Shown: positions 51,380 to 62,833 of the stretch, piece by piece
Numbering within the stretch: the stretch's first letter is position 1
Layout of the letters: each line of letters opens with the position of its first letter
The notes under the pieces: generated by a model
What the model was told of the DNA's origin: nothing
Database searches by the model: none
Seen by the model: the letters and a program-made list of their open reading frames with translations, nothing else
Made by a program: the position numbers and the translations under genes
NCBI GenBank assembly: GCA_025603075.1
Contig: MU626343.1
Coordinates: 23,599-87,598, forward strand
Direction of reading: 5' to 3'
Source: Neoconidiobolus thromboides FSU 785
Lineage: Eukaryota; Fungi; Entomophthoromycota
DNA length: 64,000 nucleotides

Positions 51380-51486
51380 ATATGGGGATGTATTTTTTTG
51401 CTTAATAGTTTTACTAATAATCTCTCTGCTCAAATAGCGCCTGAAAAATGGAAAAAGTTATGAAACCAAAAAAAACAGCCCCATAT
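51380..51486 (+). mobile_element. Family-A MITE
   Basis: ATAT-GGGGATGTA..CAGCCCC-ATAT; empty homologous site at 63984-63987. Confidence 0.9.
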
Positions 51487-51684
51487 AGTTATATATTATA
51501 TATCTATTAAACATCTAACAGAAATAACATAAAACATATAATTAGGGAAATTAGCTATTTAAGAAAAGGAGACATTTGATTTTAGGCTTTTTAGATTTAA
51601 CCGTCATATTAGACACAAACTTAAAATTTTAAATTTGGATTAATTTCTAAGTAAACTCTGAAACCAATTAAGACAGTCCCATAT

Positions 51685-52675
51685 ATTTAAACAAATTTAT
51701 AAAACAAACAATAGTTTAAATATTGATCTTGATTATTTTGCTGAGCATCATGAAAGAGATATAGTTGATGAGGATTCTGGAAATCTTTCAAAATGGAAAA
51801 GTAGTTTTGAAGCATTAGGTAAAATAGAAGATATCAATTAATTAATTTCAAGATTTGAGGCTTTTATTTGCGAGCATAGTAAGATTAATAACTCGACTGT
51901 TAATAATGGGAAAACAGATATAATTTTTAAAAAGTATAAAAGAAACAAAAATACAAAAAGAATAATAGAGATGCAGGGCATTAAGAAGTATTTACACTTT
52001 ATTAAGCATAACAATAAACTACATTGTTATCCAGTATCTATTACTCCAAAAAAAGCGATATAGCTCCAATTAGAGTTATAGAGTCTATAGAAAACAGAAA
52101 AATTAAAAGATCGATCCCAGCTTACCTTACGAAGATAACAGAGAATTTAAAAATTTCGATATTTACTAAGCAAGTAAGTAGTTTGTTGAATGATAGAAAT
52201 GGATTACTAAATGTCAAGATTACTTAAGTTATTAGTAGCTAAGTTAATAAATAGTCAAAGAACAAGTAACTGCAATAATAAAAACTATTATCATATTACT
52301 TGTACTATATAGGGATGGTTAATTATAGTTTTGGGGCTAACTACTCCCTCCCATGCAGCTATTTATTAACTTGGCAATATATTGATAATGTAATTATAAC
52401 ATTAAAATAGTTTATTTGATAATAAATCTACAATGTTGGTTATAAAGCAGTTGATAATAAATATTTCTCAATTAAGCTTTATAAAAATATGTATTTAAGA
52501 TCTAGTAGAAATTCAACTAACTTACAGTATGAACTATAATAGAATGATTTAGAACTATGTCCGGGTACTTTTGTTTTAACAAAAGATGTGATTTTATAGA
52601 ATTTTAAGCGAAGTTTTTAAAATACAAAATTTTTCAAAAATTGGATAAAATAATGAAATTAATTCAGACATCCCC
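51685..52675 (+). mobile_element. Family-C 3' half (transposase C-terminus plus 3' terminus)
   Basis: IDLDYFAEHHERDIVDEDSGNLSKWK..IIEMQGIKKY..LLNVKIT* (stop 52227); inverted homolog of 48121-49176; ends GACATCCCC-ATAT. Confidence 0.82.
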
Positions 52676-53072
52676 ATATTTTATTTATAATTTTATAATC
52701 CAATAATATCAAAAAAACTAAAAAAGTTTTAATAAAAAATAATTAACAGGCTTGAAAAACATAACTATTTATTAGAATAATATAAATGAAGTTTGTTTAC
52801 TGTTTATAAGCTATATTAATTTATTGCGTAAATTAAAAAAACTACTAAAGCATAACATTAATTATTTTTTTGTAACGATTTGGTTTAGCTAAATAAATTG
52901 TTTATTAAAAAATTAAAAAATAAAAAGATTGTTTTGTTTGGTATATTATTAATTGCTTTTGATTTTGTATAAAAATCTAGAAATTAACCCCTAACAAAAA
53001 GCTGATATTTAGACTAAACAATAGATTAGATTATAATATGTTGTTTAATTGAGATCTTATCAAGAATGCTAA

Positions 53073-53146
53073 GTTTCCGTGGTGTAGTTGGTTATCACAT
53101 CTGTCTAACACACAGAAGGTCTCCAGTTCGAATCTGGACGGAAACA
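53073..53146 (+). tRNA. tRNA-Val (anticodon AAC), intronless
   Basis: Acceptor stem GTTTCCG/CGGAAAC, D-arm GGTGTAGTTGGTTATCAC, anticodon arm TCTGT-CTAACAC-ACAGA, T-loop GTTCGAATC. Confidence 0.97.
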
Positions 53147-53294
53147 TTGTTTTTTCTCCTCTCTTAACAATATTATAGGTTTGTAAATTAGTAAACAAAT
53201 AAGGATTTGATGCAATTTGCACAGCATTTTTAGTTATTACTTTGAACATTTAATAAATAGGTCTTTAAGCTTAATAAACAACAGCACATCATTA

Positions 53295-53401
53295 ATATGG
53301 GGATGTATTTTTGTGTTTAAGAATTTTGCTAATAATTTTTCCACTCAAATAGTGCTTAAAAGATGGAAAAAATAATGAAGCCAAAAAAAACATCCCCATA
53401 T
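53295..53401 (+). mobile_element. Family-A MITE (followed by a partial copy at 53416-53470)
   Basis: ATAT-GGGGATGTA..CATCCCC-ATAT. Confidence 0.9.
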
Positions 53402-54005
53402 GTTTTTTAATAATAATTGGAGATGTATTTTCTTGCTTAATAATTTTATCAACAAATTTTCCGCTTAAATGGTTTGCTGTTTGTTTGTTTTTTATTAAAG
53501 CATTATTTGTAAATTAAATAGTTATTAATGAATATACTGTATAAAGTTTTGTAAATATAGTTGGATAGAAATCTAATCTATCAAATTAATTACTTTAAAA
53601 CAATTATAGCTAAAAGGCCAAATCCAATCCTATATTTTATAACTTGCTAATTTTTTAGAATTTGAACTTGGTAAAAATTCAATTTATAGTAATTTGTAAA
53701 AAATCTCATTTTAATACAATTAGTTTGTAAAAGGCTAAATCTAAATAAAGTTAAGTGTTTTTAAATATTACGATTAAAGCCAGTATAAAAAAGCTTCTTC
53801 CATTTTTTATTTTTTGTTCTATTAAATTAATATAGCTTTGTTAAAACCCACTTTTAATTTACTAATATTTTTATGTTTTAAATCTTTATTGAAATATATC
53901 CTTAATAGCTATATAATCGTAAACAACAGTTTTTTACATATTATAAGTTATTTTGCAATATGTTTTGAATCTAGTCTTTTATGCTAAACTTTTTTATTAA
54001 GCTTT

Positions 54006-54117
54006 ATATAAGGATGTATTTTTTTATTTGAAATTTTTACTAGTAGCCTTTTCACTTAAATACAATAGCATTTAAAACATGAAAAGAGCGATAAAATTAG
54101 AAAATACTCCTCCTATA
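54006..54117 (+). mobile_element. Family-A MITE, degenerate
   Basis: ATAT-AAGGATGTA..CTCCTCCT-ATAC. Confidence 0.7.
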
Positions 54118-54145
54118 CTATTTATTAATTTAAAAGTCTAGCAAC

Positions 54146-54249
54146 ATATGGGGATATATTTTTGTATTTAAGAGTTTTACTAGCAATTTTTTCACTCAAG
54201 TAACGCTTAAAGATGCAAAAAGTCATGAACCCAAAAAACATCACCATAT
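54146..54249 (+). mobile_element. Family-A MITE
   Basis: ATAT-GGGGATATA..CATCACC-ATAT. Confidence 0.85.
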
Positions 54250-54354
54250 TTAAAAAATAATATTAAAAGGCATCAATTTAAGAATTTATTAAATTATGTA
54301 CTTTTTTTGTTAAATATGTTTATCATCTTTGCCATATTTTATATTGCTATGTTT

Positions 54355-54443
54355 TTTTAATTTTATAACTTTTTCCGTTTTTTAACCATTTTTCAAGCAG
54401 AACTAATTGTTAGTAAAATTCTTAAACATAAAAATACATCCCC
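54355..54443 (-). mobile_element. Family-A MITE, degenerate, abutting a truncated B element
   Basis: TAGTAAAATTCTTAAACATAAAAATACATCCCC joined directly to B sequence with no TSD. Confidence 0.65.
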
Positions 54444-54847
54444 TTGTGTTCTCGAGTTCAGAGACAATCAGTCCCACACTCTTATTTTCATTTGCTATGA
54501 GAATTTCTATCTTCGTCCAAAGAATATTATCTTCTTGCTTTGATATTTGTACTTGTCAGAGTATAAAAGAGATTTTAAAACATAGTAGCTCGAGGCTTTT
54601 TAACTGGATTATCCCCTGATATCTCGTACATTTGATAAAGCCGCTAAGTTTTCTTAATAGTATTTTACATAGATTTTACATTGGTATTGTCTATTATATT
54701 TGTCTCACATAGTCTGTAACCTACTACGTAGTATTCTTCATAATTCAAGTGTATCTTAGTCACATAAACTAAGACCTTTCGACTTATAGTATAGTCAACT
54801 AGGCAATAACTATTTTTGACTGCAATCACTGAGTACCAGATTTTACA
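54444..54847 (-). mobile_element. Family-B element lacking about 55 bp at one end
   Basis: Aligns to 7004-7410; ends GTACCAGATTTTACA. Confidence 0.82.
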
Positions 54848-54929
54848 AAGTGTTGTTTAAACAAAAGTCATCAACCAAACTTTTAAATAAAAAAACATGT
54901 CATTGTGTACAGAAAGTCAAAGCTTCATA

Positions 54930-55025
54930 ATATGGGAGTGTTTTTTTTGACTTCATTACTTTTTCCATTTTTTAAGCACTATTTGAGTGGAAAAAGTAAT
55001 GAAGCCAAAAAAAACACTCCCATAT
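54930..55025. mobile_element. Rearranged family-A derivative: fold-back element with two copies of the same end
   Basis: 38-bp arms (54930-54967 / 54988-55025), one mismatch, 20-nt loop. Confidence 0.88.
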
Positions 55026-55247
55026 GTTTAAATTATAATTAACAAAAAAATTCAATTTTATGACATTTTATTATTTTCTACAATATAATAATGTTTTTCT
55101 ATTTATTTTTTAATTTTCATTTAAAAGCAACAATTTATGAAATGTTTTTTATTTTAAGCCAAAAAATAAAAATAAATAGAAAAACATTCTTATTCTAGAA
55201 AATAATAAATATCATTTGTTTTATTCTTCACAATTTTAAACTATTAA

Positions 55248-55310
55248 AATTTCTTGATATATTATTTGCTCCTTTTTCTTAATTTCTTGGTATATTATTT
55301 GCTCCTTTTT
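55248..55310 (+). repeat. 30-bp direct repeat (2 copies, period 33) about 260 bp upstream of the transporter
   Basis: AATTTCTTGRTATATTATTTGCTCCTTTTT at 55248-55277 and 55281-55310. Confidence 0.85.
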
Positions 55311-55569
55311 ATTAAAAATCTCATGTATACTTTTATGATCCAAACCCTTGTGCTATTAAGAAAATTGTAGCTTTCTATTAATCACCCCTCTTGATAAAAA
55401 AAATACCATTAGAAGCTATGATTATTAATAGAAATTTCGAAGTATAAAATAGCTTTGAATGATTTGATAAGAATGTCCAATGACCAAAAGTTCAAAATGT
55501 ATGATCAAAATAGCGGTTTATAAATTAGCTTAATAAATTTTTTGGCATTTATTACTTTTTTAATTAAAA

Positions 55570-57249
55570 ATGATCAATAACTTAGATGAAGAATTTGTTA
55601 TAAAAAACAAAGAAGTTGCATTTAAAGCAGAAGAATTAGGAGCGCGACGGATGGCCAGTATTCGTAGTATAATGAGTCGAAAAGAATTATGGACAAGTTA
55701 CGCAGGGATCTTTTTAATCTCCTATATAACTTCTTTAGAAGGTGATCTTAGATCAGATCTGTTAAACATAGCCTTGAGTGATTTTCAAACCAATTCTTTA
55801 ACCAGTATCTTTTTTTTGGTTACTAATTTAATAGGTTTGATTTTAATCCCATTGTATTCCAAATTGACGGATTATTTTGGACGTATTGAAATGTATTTTG
55901 TTGCTTTATCGTTTTATTTATTAGGCTTGACGCTTATCTCTTTTGCTAATTTATTTCCTGTGTATTATGCTGGCTGGTTAATTACAAACATTGGTGCTAC
56001 TGGTTATGAAAGTATTAAATTAATTATAATAGCTGATTTGAGTTCATTAGCAAATCGAGCCAACTTAAGTGTTTTAGATTCAATACCTGTTGTTATCAAC
56101 AGTTGGGTTGGTTCTTTACTTTTAACCCCAATCTCTGAAAATCTTGGGTGGCGATGGGGTAGTCTAATTCCAATTATTGCTTTTGTTCCATGTATTGGTT
56201 TATTTTTTGGGACCATGTTTTATTTACAACGTAAAGCTAGAAGACAAACAGACACTTTTATAAGTATTAAATGCTTTGGAATTCTTAATGGTTTAAAAAA
56301 TGTTTATAATGAAATTGATATTATTGGATTTGTCTTATTAATAACCAGCTTAATAATGATATTACTTCCTATAAATATCGCTGGGACTTTAGAAGATGGT
56401 TGGAGTACACCTAGTATGATAGCTTTAATGGTGGTTGGAGGTATTTTGTTTATGGGATTACTATTATGGGAAAGTGATTATGCCAAGCTTCCCTTAATTC
56501 CTTTAGAACTGTTAAAGACAAAAACCACATTAGGGGCCATTTTAATATTATCCTTATCTGCTATGGATGCTGGTTTGAATTGGCAGTATTTTTATTTATA
56601 TTTTATGATTACTCGTAAATTAGATCCAACGAGTGCTTCTTTGCTATTCAAAGGATATCAAATGTGTTATTTAATTTCTGGACTTATTACTGGAATTTTA
56701 ATTAAAAAAAATTATAACTTCAAATATATTTTGATTGTTGGCGCTGGTTTAAATTGTATAGCTTTAGGAACAATGATATCAGCAAGGTTTCCACATTCAA
56801 GTGAAGTTGCCATTCATGCAACTCAATCTATTGCAGGGATAGGACAAGCTATCTTAGATATATGTGTGGTTATAGCTTATCAAGGTTCGGTAAATAGAAA
56901 AGACGTAGCAACTATAACTAGTATTGCTCAAATTTTTCGTGGAGTTTCTACTGCCTTTGGTGGTACATTAGCAGGTATGATTTGGAATCAAGTGATACCT
57001 GAATTTATTAACCAAAAGGTAAAAGGTGAAATTGATCTTACTAGAACTATGAATGAGATTAGTTATGTTCGGGATTTACCAGATAGCCAATTTGAGCAAG
57101 TAGTAGCAGCATTTGGGGATGGGCAGATGATTATTTCTGCTATATCTTGTGGATTAGCTGGATTGGGGTTTTTAATTGCTATTTTTATGATTAAGCCCAT
57201 TGATGTTTATGACAAGCAAAGGTTTGATGGTAGAATAACCGATGATTAA
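55570..57249 (+). CDS. MFS siderophore-iron transporter (ARN/SIT family), 559 aa, intronless
   Basis: About 14 hydrophobic segments; GARRM.SI..MS.K.LW..Y.GIFL, SKLTDYFGRIE, ADLSSL.NRA and LGWRWG fit the ARN/MirB pattern. Confidence 0.85.
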   Translation: MINNLDEEFVIKNKEVAFKAEELGARRMASIRSIMSRKELWTSYAGIFLISYITSLEGDLRSDLLNIALSDFQTNSLTSIFFLVTNLIGLILIPLYSKLTDYFGRIEMYFVALSFYLLGLTLISFANLFPVYYAGWLITNIGATGYESIKLIIIADLSSLANRANLSVLDSIPVVINSWVGSLLLTPISENLGWRWGSLIPIIAFVPCIGLFFGTMFYLQRKARRQTDTFISIKCFGILNGLKNVYNEIDIIGFVLLITSLIMILLPINIAGTLEDGWSTPSMIALMVVGGILFMGLLLWESDYAKLPLIPLELLKTKTTLGAILILSLSAMDAGLNWQYFYLYFMITRKLDPTSASLLFKGYQMCYLISGLITGILIKKNYNFKYILIVGAGLNCIALGTMISARFPHSSEVAIHATQSIAGIGQAILDICVVIAYQGSVNRKDVATITSIAQIFRGVSTAFGGTLAGMIWNQVIPEFINQKVKGEIDLTRTMNEISYVRDLPDSQFEQVVAAFGDGQMIISAISCGLAGLGFLIAIFMIKPIDVYDKQRFDGRITDD

Positions 57250-57502
57250 TAATTTTAAATAGCTTCAATTGGAATTTTAGTGTAGTTTTGTTTTTACTAT
57301 TTATATAAACATAGTGCTTTATAGTTAATAAGTTTATTTTTATCATTATTTGTAGTTTACTAAAAGTTTGAAAAATTATGAATTCAATAGAAGTTCAATA
57401 ATATTTAGCATTTAATAAAAATATGATATATAAAATAAATATATTATTTTTTTACTTTTAATTATTGCTTTATAATCTACAACCTAATATTACTACGATT
57501 TA

Positions 57503-57610
57503 ATATACGAGCGCGTTTTTTTAGCTTCTTCGCTTTTTTCATCTTTTAATTGCTATTTAAACGGAAAAATTGTTAGTAAAATTCTCAAACACAAAAACAC
57601 ATCCCTATAT
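57503..57610 (-). mobile_element. Family-A MITE
   Basis: ..GTTAGTAAAATTCTCAAACACAAAAACACATCCCT-ATAT. Confidence 0.75.
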
Positions 57611-57956
57611 TAAATGTCAGTTTATTAGTTATGATATAATTTAACATAATTAATATACAAAAGCCCTGAATTATGCTTTGATCATGGAAAATACTATTGG
57701 TATTTCTTCAAACAAAAGTTTTTAGCAATAATAAGTCATCAAGTTAACTAAAGTTATCTCACTTACATTAATCATGAAATAGCCATTGATGGCGCTAACA
57801 GCAATATTAAAAATTGGATAAAAATCTTCCCCTAAGCGGAACACTATTGGCTTACTCAGCTTAGGTATCCTTTTGGTGCGTAATTTATATTCATTTTAGT
57901 ACAAAGAAAATATATAAGAATTATGAGAAGTCCACTTTCATTAACTCATAACTAGT

Positions 57957-58065
57957 GTATGGAGATGTATTGCTGTATTCAAGATTTTTACTAATAACTT
58001 TTCCACTTGAATAGCCCGCTTAAAAGATAGAAAAAGTAATGAAGCCAAGGAAAACACCCTCATAT
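57957..58065 (+). mobile_element. Family-A MITE
   Basis: GTAT-GGAGATGTA..CACCCTC-ATAT. Confidence 0.8.
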
Positions 58066-58533
58066 TAATATTTGTATATTGACTAAAATGCCAACAGGAT
58101 CTTTAATATAATGTAGAAGTATTTTTGTTTTTATTTTCAGTTGAGTAATTCCTAATTATTCTCATACAATTCTACCAGATCAATTCCTCCAGAACTTAGT
58201 TAATTGATATGTATATGATCCATTGATAGGAGTTATATAGTAGATCAGATTTAATGTCTTTTAAACAGTTTAACATGTAACTTTGCTTTGCCACAGATAA
58301 ATAAGAATTCATAAAACAAATTAGTGGATCAGATTAAGTTGATAAATATTTATTCATTGAAGCTACATTAATAGATTTAAAATAAACTGTTAGTACATAA
58401 GTAATTGGGATAAGTTTCTCATATATTTAATATACTATTATTTAAAACTAGTGATTTATTAACTATACCCGCGACTAAAATAAGTTTTATATTTGAGATA
58501 TCATTCTTTACGTAAAAATTAGTAAAGTTAAAA

Positions 58534-58640
58534 CAATGGGGATGTATTTTTATGTTTAAGAATTTTACTAACAAATTTTCCGCTCAAATAGCGCTTAAAA
58601 AATGGAAAAAATAATGAAGTCAAAAAAAACACTCCCATAT
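58534..58640 (+). mobile_element. Family-A MITE
   Basis: GGGGATGTA..CACTCCC-ATAT, close to consensus. Confidence 0.9.
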
Positions 58641-59299
58641 ATTACTTGCAGTTAAGATTAAAAGAAGTAAAGTTGTCTTCAAAAGTCAGGTTATCATTTA
58701 GTTTTTCGATTACTTCAAAAGTGCTGTTAGTTAATATGTTATCTTTTTCTACTTATAGTTGGTAAGGAGTTTTAAAGTTGCACTGCTCAAGGGTAGTAGT
58801 AATGGTTAATAGTATATAAATGGAGTACACAGTGGTAAAGAGAATGGTTATTAAAAATGGAGTATCTAATCAACAGTTTCTTTTAATTAGTATATTATAT
58901 ACTCTTCAACTTAGATATAAAACAATGATAATATTAAATCCTGTTTTATTTTTTGAATGTTCTTTTTTAATCTTTTATACCTGTATTTATCAAAGTTAAA
59001 GGAGCTATATAATATAACTTTAAATTTCACAATAAGGAAATAAAATTTCAACATAAATATGAATTACATAATGGTTAAAATAATTGAATTGTATATTTTT
59101 ATAAAACTATTATTTAAATGATTTAAATACTTGATTGTACATTTTTTATATTTTAAAAGTTACATTGAAATTAAATAGTCGTTTAATTATTTGTAATATA
59201 GCTTGAAATATTTTGTAAACTCCAATTATATATTTGATGTGATCTAACACATTATTTTAAATTGTTCAAGTCAGTATAGAAAATCAAATAAAAAATTTA

Positions 59300-62200
59300 T
59301 TAGAACGAATAAAAGAGAAGTACATAAAATAAAATAGAAAGAAGAAAAGAAATAAGGTTACCATCTTTTACCCAAAAACTTTGATAAATTTGGAAACCAA
59401 GCTTTAAAGGCCCAAAACAATACTTTAGTTTGCTGATCACTTTTAAAACTTTCAAGTAAAGGGTTAAACCTAAATGAATGAATAAAAATAAATAATATAA
59501 TATAACAAATATTAATACCTTAAATCTAAACAGGTAAGATTTACATTTTTACAGTTGATAAATGCTTCGATATTATTTATCAAATTATTTTTTAAAGATA
59601 AAAAGAATAATTGATTAGGAATAATTTCTTTTTCCAGTCTAATTTGATTATCATTGGCTTCCAAAGCAATTAAATTATTGCATTTATCTAAAATAAAGTT
59701 TGGTATACAACTCAACTTATTATCTGAGATATCTAAATATTGTAAATTTATAAACATAACTGGATCCCATTGTTCAAGGAGAGAGAATACAGAAGGTGAA
59801 TCTAGGTAATATAAATATACATTTAAATTTAAATATGAATAATAATTTACTTTTGGAAATCAAATATTTCAAATTGGATGGTGTAGTAGAAATAGAAGAC
59901 ATATTCTTTGTCGCATTAAACTTTGAGTAAGAAAGGCTTAAAAAGTGAATATTTTTTAAATCATTAAAAGGAGGCAAAGTAAAATTATTTAAATTATTTA
60001 AACTTAATTTTTTTAAGTTTGAACATGTTAATTTTAAACAAGGTAATTTTGAAATAGAAGTGCCACTTAAATTCAGTTTGATTAAATTATTGTTTTGTCC
60101 ATAAACACGAGTTATATTATTATTGTTTGCTTTGATACTTTCTAATCTACTAGGACTTAATTTTAACTTCGTTAGTTGGTTATTTTCTAAGTTTATTCGT
60201 TTTAGGTTAGGCCTAAAACATGCTCTGATTAACTTGTTATTATAATCATGTCATATTAAATACTTACATAATTTGATTTAAAGTAGAGAATGAAATATCA
60301 TTTAACGAATTATATGAAATATCAAAATCAACAAGATTTAAAAATGTGCCATAGATAACAGTAATGTTATTATGACTTAAATTTAAATGCTTCAGATTTT
60401 TAAGTTGATGAAATACTAAAAATAGAACTAATTAATACAAAATTATTATATTGTTATTAAATAATAATTACCTTTCATATCTTTAAGTTTACAATATTTT
60501 AACTTAACAGAAGCCAAATGGTCCATAGACATAAAATAAAAATTCCAATAATTAAAATCTATTGAATCCATAGAGTCTTCCCTTTCTAGATCATATGTCT
60601 GTGTATGTTTATCTACCATTAACTTCATTGTATTATTTAATGAGTAGCTCTTTTTTGGAAAGGAACAATCCAAACTGTCGTTGACATTAATACTTTGTTT
60701 ACTACTACCTTCTTTATTACTATTAGATAAGCGACTATTCATTTCATCGTTATATCCCTTAGCATGGTTTTTGGTAACTTAAATAGAGTTAACATTTAAA
60801 TTTAACTTTTAATATAATTTATCCTTACTATTTATTTCTAAGCTCTTTTTTTTATTTAATATTTTATTTTCTTTGTTTTTGTTTTTATTTAAGAATGCTT
60901 TTAAATCCAATTCCTCTTCATCTTCTTCATTGTCTGAGTCCTTATTATCATTACTATCAACACTTGATATACTTTCATTTAATTGGGTTTTATTATTTAA
61001 GAATTCCGTCAGACTTTCTTCTTCCTCTTCTTCTTGGTTTAAATTGTCTTTTAGTAAATTATCGATATTACTTTTATGGTCATTTAAGTTGTTACTTAAG
61101 GTAGCTGGCTTGTCTTTATTTAAAAAGGCATTCAAATCCAAATCTAAATCTAAGTTAGCATTTTCTTGATTTTGCTTCAAGTACTTGTTTAGTTCCACTT
61201 TTCTTTTGATATTATTTGTATTTGTATTTAATATGTTACTATTGGTATTGATATTTAATATACTACTGCTATTGTTCAATATATTGTTGTTGTTCCCTTT
61301 AGCAGCATTTATCATATTTTTAAATTCTGTGCTATTTAATTTAAGTGTTTTGATTGACTTGAATGGATCGTCTTCATCTTCCATCAATGGCTTCCACTTT
61401 AAATTTAACGAATCAAATTTCATATTATTAACTAGTTTCGGTACATTGCCTAATTGATGGGGTTGAATCAATACAGGATAAGAATCCAAATAGTAATATG
61501 GTAAAATTCCATATTTCTTCAATTGTTCTGCTACCCTATCTGGCCCTAATTTACTTTGTTTCGTTTTGAAAAATTCTTCCCATAATTCCATACTAATAGG
61601 ACTATTATTTTTAATCTTACTGTTAGTATTATTATTATTATTACTGAGGTTCATTTCCTTCCTAAAGCTATTGGTGATTATCTCATTTGTAATCATCTGT
61701 TTTGGTTGATTTTGATTGGGTGTAGCTAAATTATTACTCTTTTTAGATAAAGTGGAACTGGATCTTGGTTCGCTTAGATCACCGATCTCTAAGGGCAGCT
61801 CTTTGAGCCAATCATGTTCATTGATATCTTCATCGAATGAGAAAGAATTGTTTTGATTAACATATTCCCCTTCGTTAATTGCACTGCATTCACTTTCACT
61901 TTGCATCTTTAGCCATTCCCAAGTGGGTGGGTGCGGAGTTAACATTCGAAATGGACTTGGGCGATTACTTAATTGAGCACTCAAGTTGGGGGCAGATACC
62001 ATCCTCTTAATTCCTTTCTCTGAGGAAGAACCTTGAGATAAAGAAGATGTTTTATCGCTTTCACTACCATCTAACTGATTTAATAATTGACTTAAATTAT
62101 TTTGTGTATCTAAATCATACTGCGAAGGGAATAATTCTAAATTGCTAGTGTTACTCGTTTTATTATTAATTCTCCCCCCCTCATTACTTACACTTCGTTT

Positions 62201-62833
62201 CATTTTTTCTTCTTTTATTAAACCTTGGGGCGCAGTATGTGGTCGATCTGGTACTTCTTTAATATTCAAATTAAATGGCAAATTTCTTGGCTCTAAAGTG
62301 TATGGACTTGGATCCCTACTATTTAGCTTAAAATGAACACCACGGTGAGCAGAAATCCTTCTTAAAGGGGAAGCTAACAACTTGCCATTACTTAAACAAG
62401 GAGCTAAATTTGGGCTATTTTTAACCAAAGGAATTTTGCTTGGGGATACATTTTTCATGATCTTTTCTTTGGGTTTCTCAAACATGACTTCAAGGCTCAA
62501 TGGTGTAAAAAAGTCCTTGTTCTTCATATTCCATTTTAATTTGCTTTCTTTATTAGCTTTAATCGTGGATTGCGATTTAATACTGTCATTTTTATTTTCA
62601 TGAATGACTAAAGTTCCTCCTTCTTGCAATGTCTTTATAGCTGAGAATGAGATAGTAGTGGGTTTACCTATTGTGTTGATCTTTACAGTACCATACCCTC
62701 GTTTCTTTCTGACACTTTGATTTTTTAATTCTTCAACTTTTTCTTCACTATCTCTTTTTATTTCCTCTTCTTCTTTTGATTCTTCTTCTATCCAGTCTTC
62801 GCTTAACTCTTCAGTTTCCCATGGCTTCCTCAT
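59300..62833 (-). CDS. NUD1: Nud1/Cdc11-like SIN/MEN scaffold with C-terminal leucine-rich repeats; multi-exon, 3' end uncertain
   Basis: N-terminus W..EELSEDWI, FTPLSLE.MF.KP, LIQPHQLG..P.LV.NM.FD..N.KW..EDDPFKSI. Later exons give LRRs (LKNLKHLNLSHNNI, LKRINLENNQL, LQYLDISDNKL, LDLR|FNPL). The last exon could end at 59300 or splice on to about 59150. Confidence 0.75.

Larger units (their letters stand above)
48121..51680 (-). mobile_element. Family-C cut-and-paste DNA transposon (Sola-like), near full length, with nested insertions
   Basis: Flanked by ATAT at 48117-48120 and 51681-51684. Imperfect ~22-bp TIR (GGGACTGTCTTAATTGGTTTCA vs family 3' end GGGGATGTCTGAATTAATTTCA). Contains the transposase fossil, 3 A MITEs, 2 B elements and the gap. 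Confidence 0.8.

Noticed and set aside
53031-53249. 72-aa ORF
   Set aside because: Antisense to tRNA-Val; no coding evidence.
23430-54619. Short ORFs sharing FFPFFKRYLSGKIVSKILKHKNTSP-like text (23430, 28085, 37053, 50386, 54407, 48826)
   Set aside because: They are chance translations of MITE family A, not a protein family.
55390-55471. TGATAA sites upstream of the siderophore transporter as iron-responsive GATA boxes
   Set aside because: Biologically plausible, but the hexamer is common at this AT content and neither site matches an extended consensus exactly.
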